DNA of 64,000 nt, taken from Nemertoderma westbladi (taxonomy: Eukaryota > Animalia > Xenacoelomorpha). Below are positions 36,701 through 47,291 of the stretch, in pieces (position 1 is the first letter of the stretch; each line of letters starts with the position of its first letter). The DNA lies in contig JAUCBJ010007680.1 in NCBI GenBank assembly GCA_032718475.1, forward strand, positions 77,264 to 141,263, given 5' to 3'. Made by a program: the position numbers and the translations under genes. The notes under the pieces were generated by a model. The model was not told where the DNA came from. It worked only from the letters and a program-made list of their open reading frames with translations, and made no database searches.

Positions 36701-39700
36701 CGTATCTACATTTTGTTCTTATAGTTCCACCCATGTCTACATTTTGTTCCTATAGTTCCACCCGTGGCTACATTTTGTTCTTATAGTTCCATCCGTGGCT
36801 ACATTTTGTTCTTATAGTTCCAACCGTGTCTACATTTTGTTCTTATAGTTCCACCCGTGTCTACATTTTGTTCTTATAGTTCCACCCGTGGCTACATTTT
36901 GTTCTTATAGTTCCGTTCCACCCATATCTACATTTTGTTCTTATAGTTCCGCCCGTATCTACATTTTGTTCCTATAGTTCCACCCGTATCTACATTTTGT
37001 TCCTATAGTTCCACCCGTATCTACATTTTGTTCCTATAGTTCCACCCGTATCTACATTTTGTTCCTATAGTTCCGCCCGTATCTACATTTTGTTCCTATA
37101 GTTCCACCCGTATCTACATTTTGTTCCTATAGTTCCACCCGTGTCTACATTTTGTTCTTATAGTTCCATTCGTGTCTACATTCTGTTATTATAGTTCCGC
37201 CCGTATCTACATTTTGTTCCTATAGTTCCACCCGTATCTACATTTTGTTCCTATAGTTCCACCCGTATCTACATTTTGTTCCTATAGTTCCGCCCGTATC
37301 TACATTTTGTTCCTATAGTTCCACCCGTATCTACATTTTGTTCCTATAGTTCCACCCGTGTCTACATTTTGTTCTTATAGTTCCATCCGTGGCTACATTT
37401 TGTTCTTATAGTTCCACCCGTGTCTACATTTTGTTCTTATAGTTCCATCCGTATCTACATTCTGTTATTATAGTTCCGCCCGTATCTACATTTTTTCCTA
37501 TAGTTCCATCCGTGGCTACATTTTGTTCTTATAGTTCCATCCGTGTCTACATTTTGTTCTTATAGTTCCATCCGTGTTTACATTTTGTTCTTATAGTTCC
37601 ATCCGCGTCTACATTCTGTTATTATAGTTCCGCCCGTATCTACATTTTGTTCCTATAGTTCCACCCGTGTCTACATTTTGTTCTTATAGTTCCATCCGTG
37701 TCTACATTCTGTTATTATAGTTCCGCCCGTATCTACATTTTGTTCTTATAGTTCCAACCGTGTCTACATTTTGTTCTTATAGTTCCACCCGTATCTACAT
37801 TTTGTTCCTATAGTTCCACCCGTGTCTACATTTTGTTTTTATAGTTCCACCCGTGGCTACATTTTGTTCTTATAGTTCCACCCGTATCTACATTTTGTTC
37901 TTATAGTTCCATCCGTGGCTACATTTTGTTCTTATAGTTCCATCCGTGTTTACATTTTGTTCTTATAGTTCCATCCGTGTCTACATTCTGTTATTATAGT
38001 TCCGCCCGTATCTACATTTTGTTCCTATAGTTCCATCCGTGGCTACATTTTGTTCTTATAGTTCCATCCGTGTTTACATTTTGTTCTTATAGTTCCATCC
38101 GTGTCTACATTCTGTTATTATAGTTCCGCCCATATCTACATTTTGTTCCTATAGTTCCACCCGTGTCTACATTTTGTTCTTATAGTTCCATCCGTGTCTA
38201 CATTTTGTTCTTATAGTTCCATCCGTGGCTACATTCTGTTATTATAGTTCCGCCCGTATCTACATTTTGTTCCTATAGTTCCACCCGTGTCTACATTTTG
38301 TTCCTATAGTTCCACCCGTGGCTACATTTTGTTGTTATAGTTCCACCCGTGTCTACATTTTGTTCCTATAGTTCCGCCCGTGGCTACATTTTGTTCTTAT
38401 AGTTCCATCCGTGTCTACATTCTGTTATTATAGTTCCGCCCGTATCTACATTTTGTTCCTATAGTTCCACCCGTGTCTACATTTTGTTCTTATAGTTCCA
38501 TCCGCGTCTACATTTTGTTCTTATAGTTCCATCCGTGTTTACATTTTGTTCCTATAGTTCCACCCGTGTCTACATTTTGTTCTTATAGTTCCATCCGTGT
38601 CTACATTCTGTTATTATAGTTCCGCCCGTATCTACATTTTGTTCCTATAGTTCCACCCGTATCTACATTTTGTTCCTATAGTTCCACCCGTATCTACATT
38701 TTGTTCCTATAGTTCCACCCGTGGCTACATTTTGTTCTTATAGTTCCGCCCGTATCTACATTTTGTTCTTATAGTTCCACCCGTGTCTACATTTTGTTCC
38801 TATAGTTCCACCCGTGGCTACATTTTGTTCTTATAGTTCCATCCGTGGCTACATTTTGTTCTTATAGTTCCAACCGTGTCTACATTTTGTTCTTATAGTT
38901 CCACCCGTGTCTACATTTTGTTCTTATAGTTCCACCCGTGGCTACATTTTGTTCTTATAGTTCCGTTCCACCCATATCTACATTTTGTTCTTATAGTTCC
39001 GCCCGTATCTACATTTTGTTCCTATAGTTCCACCCGTATCTACATTTTGTTCCTATAGTTCCACCCGTATCTACATTTTGTTCCTATAGTTCCACCCGTA
39101 TCTACATTTTGTTCCTATAGTTCCGCCCGTATCTACATTTTGTTCCTATAGTTCCACCCGTATCTACATTTTGTTCCTATAGTTCCACCCGTGTCTACAT
39201 TTTGTTCTTATAGTTCCATCCGTGTCTACATTCTGTTATTATAGTTCCGCCCGTATCTACATTTTGTTCCTATAGTTCCACCCGTATCTACATTTTGTTC
39301 CTATAGTTCCACCCGTATCTACATTTTGTTCCTATAGTTCCGCCCGTATCTACATTTTGTTCCTATAGTTCCACCCGTATCTACATTTTGTTCCTATAGT
39401 TCCACCCGTGTCTACATTTTGTTCTTATAGTTCCATCCGTGTCTACATTCTGTTATTATAGTTCCGCCCGTATCTACATTTTGTTCCTATAGTTCCACCC
39501 GTATCTACATTTTGTTCCTATAGTTCCACCCGTATCTACATTTTGTTCCTATAGTTCCACCCGTGGCTACATTTTGTTCTTATAGTTCCGCCCGTATCTA
39601 CATTTTGTTCTTATAGTTCCACCCGTGTCTACATTTTGTTCCTATAGTTCCACCCGTGGCTACATTTTGTTCTTATAGTTCCATCCGTGGCTACATTTTG

Positions 39701-42095
39701 TTCTTATAGTTCCAACCGTGTCTACATTTTGTTCTTATAGTTCCACCCGTGTCTACATTTTGTTCTTATAGTTCCACCCGTGTCTACATTTTGTTCTTAT
39801 AGTTCCATCCGTGTCTACATTTTGTTCTTATAGTTCCATCCGTGGCTACATTTTGTTCTTATAGTTCCAACCGTGTCTACATTTTGTTCTTATAGTTCCA
39901 ACCGTGTCTACATTTTGTTCTTATAGTTCCACCCGTGGCTACATTTTGTTCTTATAGTTCCGTTCCACCCATATCTACATTTTGTTCTTATAGTTCCGCC
40001 CGTATCTACATTTTGTTCCTATAGTTCCACCCGTATCTACATTTTGTTCCTATAGTTCCACCCGTATCTACATTTTGTTCCTATAGTTCCACCCGTATCT
40101 ACATTTTGTTCCTATAGTTCCGCCCGTATCTACATTTTGTTCCTATAGTTCCACCCGTATCTACATTTTGTTCCTATAGTTCCACCCGTGTCTACATTTT
40201 GTTCTTATAGTTCCATCCGTGTCTACATTCTGTTATTATAGTTCCGCCCGTATCTACATTTTGTTCCTATAGTTCCACCCGTATCTACATTTTGTTCCTA
40301 TAGTTCCACCCGTGGCTACATTTTGTTCTTATAGTTCCGCCCGTATCTACATTTTGTTCTTATAGTTCCACCCGTGTCTACATTTTGTTCCTATAGTTCC
40401 ACCCGTGGCTACATTTTGTTCTTATAGTTCCATCCGTGGCTACATTTTGTTCTTATAGTTCCAACCGTGTCTACATTTTGTTCTTATATTTCCACCCGTG
40501 TCTACATTTTGTTCTTATAGTTCCACCCGTGTCTACATTTTGTTCTTATAGTTCCATCCGTGTCTACATTTTGTTCTTATAGTTCCACCCGTGTCTACAT
40601 TTTGTTCTTATAGTTCCAACCGTGTCTACATTTTGTTCTTATAGTTCCACCCGTGTCTACATTTTGTTATTATAGTTCCACCCGTGTCTACATTTTGTTC
40701 TTATAGTTCCATCCGTGTTTACATTTTGTTCTTATAGTTCCACCCGTGTCTACATTTTGTTCTTATAGTTCCGCCCGTATCTACATTTTGTTCCTATAGT
40801 TCCACCCGTGTCTACATTTTGTTCTTATAGTTCCATCCGTGTCTACATTTTGTTCTTATAGTTCCATCCGTGGCTACATTCTGTTATTATGGTTCCGCCG
40901 GTATCTACATTTTGTTCCTATAGTTCCACCCGTGGCTACATTTTGTTCTTATAGTTCCATCCGTGTCTACATTTTGTTCTTATAGTTCCATCCGTGGCTA
41001 CATTTTGTTCTTATAGTTCCATCCGTGTCTACATTTTGTTCTTATAGTTCCATCCGTGGCTACATTCTGTTATTATAGTTCCGCCGGTATCTACATTTTG
41101 TTCCTATAGTTCCACCCGTGTCTACATTTTGTTCTTATAGTTCCATCCGTGTCTACATTTTGTTCTTATAGTTCCATCCGTGGCTACATTCTGTTATTAT
41201 AGTTCCGCCGGTATCTACATTTTGTTCCTATAGTTCCACCCGTGGCTACATTTTGTTCTTATAGTTCCATCCGTGTCTACATTTTGTTCTTATAGTTCCA
41301 TCCGTGGCTACATTTTGTTCTTATAGTTCCATCCGTGTCTACATTTTGTTCTTATAGTTCCATCCGTGGCTACATTCTGTTATTATAGTTCCGCCGGTAT
41401 CTACATTTTGTTCCTATAGTTCCACCCGTGGCTACATTTTGTTCTTATAGTTCCATCCGTGTCTACATTTTGTTCTTATAGTTCCATCCGTGTCTACATT
41501 TTGTTCTTATAGTTCCATCCGTGGCTACATTCTGTTATTATAGTTCCGCCGGTATCTACATTTTGTTCCTATAGTTCCACCCGTGGCTACATTTTGTTCT
41601 TATAGTTCCGCCCGTATCTAAATTTTGTTCCTATAGTTCCACCCGTGTCTACATTCTGTTATTATAGTTCCGCCGGTATCTACATTTTGTTCTTATAGTT
41701 CCACCCGTGTCTATATTTTGTTCCTATAGTTCCATCCGTGGCTACATTTTGTTCCTATAGTTCCACCCGTGTCTACATTTTGTTCCTATAGTTCCACCCG
41801 TGGCTACATTTTGTTCTTATAGTTCCACCCGTGTCTACATTTTGTTCCTATAGTTCCGCCCGTGGCTACATTTTGTTCTTATAGTTCCATCCGTGTCTAC
41901 ATTCTGTTATTATAGTTCCGCCCGTATCTACATTTTGTTCCTATAGTTCCGCCCGTATCTACATTTTGTTCCTATAGTTCCACCTGTGTCTACGTTCCTA
42001 TAGTTCCGCCCGCGGCTATATTTTCTTATAATTCCGCCTGCGTTTCATTTTGTTATTATAATCAAAATGTTCTACAGAACAAGCAATATTGATTC
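18769..42095. repeat. 31-bp satellite array 2 (~23.3 kb, ~750 monomers), same family and orientation as array 1
   Basis: Same monomer; multi-kb internal duplications; ends with the same ~120-bp degenerate terminus as array 1. Confidence 0.98.
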
Positions 42096-42098
42096 ACG

Positions 42099-42156
42099 TT
42101 TGTACTCTTTTGTACTATTTTTGCACTCTTTTGTACTATTTTTGCACTTTATTGTA
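42099..42156. repeat. 21-bp minisatellite, ~2.7 copies
   Basis: TTTG(T/C)ACTCTTTTGTACTATT repeated between the satellite end and the pogo terminus. Confidence 0.7.
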
Positions 42157-44411
42157 CCGTAGACCCTGCCAACTTTGGCCCATGAGGGCAACTTTGGCCC
42201 AATTTTTTTTTGCAGTTCCGTTGTTTTCAGACTGGAAGTTAATTTTTTTAAACCGATTTTTTTTAGTAGGCCTAAATGAAGTTTAGCATATGCCCAATCA
42301 TATGCATATGTAGCACATCATCAGGTATTCCGGGAAGTGTAGAGAAATCAGGCCTGAAAAAAGGTGCAATGTGTGTTGCAAAAGTAGGGTTGACAGGTCT
42401 ATACCCTGCAGTGATAACCATCAATTGCAGTGACAATTTTTTATTCTAGATGAGTTCTAATGGTAATAAAAATATTGTTCCCATTTTTAAAATTTAAGAT
42501 TCCCTGATTGTCTCCTATAATTTTAGAGGGTGGGTAAAGTTGCCTTTGAAAATGTGCTATTAAATACCAACTTTGGCCCAAATTGCTATACAGGCTTTAC
42601 AGAGAACCTTTATTCAGTTATCAGTTTACAAAGTTGTTCTTTCAGCCCTGTTGTTCTTGCTTGCTGTCTACCAGTACCTCTACCACCCTACTTTATCATA
42701 TCATATCATACTGTATCATGGCTCCAAATTTAAAGAGAAGGAAGTGTGGTGCACGGCAATACCGCCAATATACAAAGGAGAAGCTGGAGGAGGCTTTGGC
42801 TAAAATAGCAGGCAAGGAAATGACGCAACGAGACGCAAGTAGGCACTACAATATTCCTCGATCCACTCTGAAAAATCGAATAAAGAAACGCCACCTTGGA
42901 GAAGTTGGTCATCCGCGCATCTTTTCGGATCAAGAAGAGCAGATATTGGCCGAACGGTTCTGCACTGTATCAGAATATGGATTCCCACTAATGCTAATTG
43001 ATGCGCAAGTCATAATACAATCTTACCTCAATCGCCTCGGTCGATCAGTGCGTGTTTTTAAGAATAATGTTCCAGGCTATCAATTTATGAGAAGTTTCAT
43101 AAAGCGGAATAAGTTGACGTACAGATTGACACAGAATATAAAGAGAAAACGAGCTGAGGTCGATAGCTATGTGATCAATAAGTATTTCGACAATCTGGAA
43201 GTCGAATTAAAAGACATCCCACCATCTAACATCATAAATTATGATGAGACGAATCTTACAGACGATCCGGGGAAAAGGCGATCTATTGTTCGTCGAGGAA
43301 CAAAGTATCCACAAGCTGTAAAAGATCACTCAAAATCCTCCACTTCCGTTATGTTTTCAGGTGCAGCTGATGGTCATATATTAAGTCCTTATGTAGTTTA
43401 CAGGTCTACCCATCTATCTGCCTATCTCTATGATACCTGGATTCAAGATGGGCCTCCTGGGACACGATATGGGCGAACTAAGTCCGGTTGGTTCGATGAA
43501 TTTGTGTTTGCTGACTGGTTCAATACCATTGCTATTCCATATTTTAAATCACTTGAGATTGGTTCAATAAAGGTGATGATAGGTGATAATCTATCATCAC
43601 ATCTGAACGAGGATGTTCTTCGGGCATGTAAGAGACACAATATTCATTTCGTGTGCCTGCCTTGCAACTCGACACACCTAACTCAACCACTGGATAAGGC
43701 CTTATTTGCCCTATGAAGCGTATCTGGCGCCAGTTACTCCATGACTGGAAGATGGGTAGATTTGCTGACAGGAAAGGTGAAACACTATCTAAGGAGGAAT
43801 TCCCGAAGATGTTAAATAGTTTAATTCAGCAAGGGTGTAAAGAGAACAATGTTCGTTCTGGGTTTCGAGCATGTGCAATCTTTCCACTCGATAGGAATGA
43901 GGTCTTGAAGTGTTTGCCCCAGGACAGTCCTGTAGCGGGAGCAGCTGTAGATGGCGCTCTAATCGATCAGCTACAAGAATTGAGAGGGGGTAATGCTCCT
44001 AGTCAACCCAGGCGGTCGAAACATACAAGATTGCCCTTGAATGTGGAGGCAGGAAGGAGTGTCGCTGCGCCTGTGTCTAGCAGTGAGAGTGATTCGGAAT
44101 CGGACTGTAGTCTCCTTGACGATTTGGAAAGTCTCCTTTCCTATGAAGATGGAGGGCTTACTGAGCCAGCTTGTGAGAATGAGGGGGGAGATGATAGCGC
44201 AGAGGGAGAAGATAGTGAGCGTGAGGGGAGCATTATAGACGAGAACAAATGTGCTCAGTGTTTGGTACCGTTTGTCCCTCCAGATTATTATCGCACTGTT
44301 GGGTGTGATAGTTGTGCTCATTGGTTCCATAGAGCCTGTACAGAACCATTCCGTGACTTGATTAATGTCAATATAGCATCGATAGAATTCAATTGTTATC
44401 GATGTGTTTAA
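42157..44411 (+). mobile_element. pogo/Tigger-like (Tc1/mariner superfamily) DNA transposon; left end present, right TIR not found
   Basis: TA (42155-56) then CCGTAGACCCTGCC; subterminal AACTTTGGCCC repeats at ~42171, ~42190 and ~42569; transposase downstream. Confidence 0.8.
42718..44411 (+). pseudogene. pogo-like transposase (psq-type HTH, CENP-B HTH, DDE domain, C-terminal PHD finger) with a single frameshift
   Basis: Likely ATG at 42718 (MAPNLKRRK); YNIPRSTL HTH; YDETN, GDNLSSH and TQPLD catalytic motifs; one base missing at TTTGCCCTATG (~43706-43715), which would join LFA[P]MKRIW; CAQC...CDSCAHWFHRAC...CYRC PHD finger. Confidence 0.88.
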
Positions 44412-45074
44412 GTGATACTGTAACTGGTATCATACCTAATTGTTTTATGTATAAAAGTCTGAAGTGCAATTTGAAACTGAAAGGTTATTTGGTTGTGTAT
44501 TCGATATAATACTTTTACTGCCTATAAAAGCAACGTGAAATAACAGAAACAATAATTTCAAAAACATTAAGAAAATAATATAAATTTTAACAAACAATAA
44601 TAATATCAATAACAACAGCAATAGCAATACATATACAAAATGAGTACAAGGTCACCCGCCGTCCAAAACGCCAGCCATGACATTCAGTCATTCAGTGCGC
44701 GCCAACCATTGGACGTGAAATTTTGAAATACCGGTACCGGTAATTGTAATGAATCATTTATCAGTTTATGAAGCAATCATGCAATAGGCTACAGTATTTT
44801 AACATTAAAGTGCGAGCGCAGCGAGCAAGGCTGCAAGGAAATTTTTCGGAAATTTTAACATTAATACAGTACCGGTACTTAACAGCCTAATTAATATTCA
44901 GAGGTCAACCCCAAGGAAATTTCTCGGAAAATGTCTGAATGTTAACATTAATACATTACCTAATATTCAGAGGTCAACCGACTGTTTTTAAATATAGATG
45001 TGATTAAATTGCGAGCACGGAAATCCTGCTGAATCATGGTTTTATTCGTATAGGCTATATTGCAGTATTGGTTT

Positions 45075-45700
45075 GAAACTCGGCCCTATACTATTTACGA
45101 TATGTACAAGATCCCTTTCTAACTAAAGTAATAAACCGCTATGGCAGTATGGTCTTGTCATGGTCTCTCGTATCATTTATATGTAGATGACACGCAGTTG
45201 TATATCAGTATATAACTGTATAATGTTCGAACCTAAAGACAAGTTACGTGCTATGGACTGATGAGTGATGATAAAGGTGACAGAGTACTGCATTATTGAT
45301 ATCAAGGTTGCTGGTTGGATGAAAAATAACTTCCTTAAACTAAACACAGATAAAACTGAGGTCCTTCTACTTCAGTCTTGATTTGGTAAATCCGTCGATA
45401 TGCTTGCAATGCAAGTTGGTAACGATCAAATTGCGTGCTGAATTTGTGCTAAGTGCTAACTGCCTAATGCACGTAACATTGGATTCATAATGGAATCTAA
45501 CCTTACAGTTGATAAACAGATCAGAACAGCTGTGCGTGAGGTATTCTTTCACCTCAGGTCAGGAGCCTCTATAGAATAAAGCACTGCTTAAATAAAAAAG
45601 ATCTGGGAATATTAATTGATACATGCATTAGTAGGCCTAACTAACAAGTAAACTCGATAATGAATAAATCTCTATATTTTGGGTTGCCCGCTTGCATTAT
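45075..45700 (+). pseudogene. Heavily decayed L2-clade LINE reverse transcriptase fragment
   Basis: Conceptual translation across frames gives LGPILFTI, YHLYVDDTQLYIS, WMKNNFLKLNTDKTEVL, NIGFIMESNLT, FFHLR and HAL[V]TSKLD. Confidence 0.75.
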
Positions 45701-46370
45701 ACGGAACGGTTTTATAATTTTACTCTGTGCACTGTGAGGCCAGCATGACATTATAATCCTGTAATCTTATACCACTAAGTTATGAAAAGTTAACTGTGGA
45801 ACTTCGACAGATTTATGTAAATTTTTATTTTTAAATAAATTTCCAATTTTAATTATTTTTAATTTCAGCTGCGCTTTAGGCCTATCAACTATCAAGCGTT
45901 TATATAGTGTGTGTGTACACAATACAATGATAATTTTAGGTCTACATATATCTGGTTTAAATCTGGTATATTTATTTTTTATTTCAATTCAATTTAAACT
46001 GTTACTAAACTTTAAACTAGCTATTAAACTGTTAATATTTTTACTGAATTTACTAAGTTTAAAATGATATTTTTAAAACTAAAAGATAATTCTGACCACT
46101 CTTACACCTTAAGTACTTCTATGCGTAGATGGTGTTTGTGTTCTCCCTTCCTTATCTGCTTATAGAGTCTGCTAGTACTTTAGCAATTCAGTAAAATTGT
46201 AATTGTATCGTATTTTTAATTGCGTATTATTTTAATCAGTGGATTGTGTACTATATTTTGATTGGTCTGGCTGGAGTGTGATAAAATACTAATATTAAAA
46301 TTTGCAAATGGCGTCCCTAAATTCACATCCCTAAAAAACGATGACTTCTCCCCGACGGCCGTATAACAAC

Positions 46371-47070
46371 CAGGGCTGGCAAAGTAGATTTTGTAAACCT
46401 AGGTTTTTGTCTATTTTTGTCAAAAACCTAAAATTTAAAAAAAGCCTAAAACTAGGTTTTTAGGTTTTTGATCACAAAAAGAGCCAAATTGCTTGTGTTT
46501 TTGAAAATTTCTGATTTTCTTTGAATTTCTTTTTGAAAAAAAATATTTTGGTTCCATGCGCATGAAACCCACAGGCTGACAGGCACAGACCACAGGCACA
46601 GACTCTTGAGTTTCTGTCTTTAACTAAGCTGACAATAAAACCTCACTGCTGGACTGACTAATATTACCCTATCCCTTTTTAAAACAAAAATTAAATCGAT
46701 TATTTATTGTAATATATTCTAGGCTTATCTCTGTATCTACAAGGCAGTGGGCTGTATAAAATATAATCTTGAACAAATTGATATTATTATTATTTTTTTT
46801 TTACAGTATTACTGTAGGCCTATTATTATTACAAATCCGGCCCCATATAATTTATCTAACCATAACGAATGAACTGATGAACCAATCAAGCTCAGGCAGT
46901 CAGGTCAATCTAATCAATCAACATACAAATACAGCCTGAAAGAAATACTACAAAAACCTAGCGGTAACATTCAAAAACCTGCAAAAACCTTCCAAAAACC
47001 TGCAAAAACCTAACAAAAACCTAAAACCTAATTTTTGTTTTGAAAAACCTTAAGGTTTTTGCCAGCCCTG
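46371..47070. mobile_element. Non-autonomous hAT-type MITE, 700 bp
   Basis: 14-bp perfect TIR CAGGGCTGGCAAAA; perfect 8-bp TSD ATAACAAC at 46363-46370 and 47071-47078; subterminal AAAAACCT/AGGTTTTT repeats. Confidence 0.92.
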
Positions 47071-47291
47071 ATAACAACAGTCAGACTGCAGGACTGTAGA
47101 GTGTAGAAAGAAACTCTGTCTGCTGTCTACCCTGTGCCCTGTGCCCTGCTACCATTAGCTGATTGATATTACTGTAACTACATACTACAGTTCAGTTAGC
47201 TTAGGCCTACTGCCTACTACAGTCAGACAGTAGTAGGCCCTGCCCTATCAGCCTATATACAGATATACTGATACTGATATACTGCTATATA

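Noticed and set aside
18769-42095. CRISPR array interpretation of the 31-bp repeats
   Set aside because: Units are head-to-tail with no unique spacers, there are no cas genes, and the context is eukaryotic.
8394-42095. Satellite as a repetitive protein-coding region or as FRT-like recombination sites (GTTCCTATA)
   Set aside because: The 31-bp period rotates stop codons through all frames on both strands. The FRT resemblance is 9 bp in some monomers, with no inverted partner arm or recombinase.
42583-42717. N-terminal extension of the transposase given in the ORF track
   Set aside because: It starts at a non-ATG codon and is low complexity; the ATG at 42718 directly precedes the HTH region.
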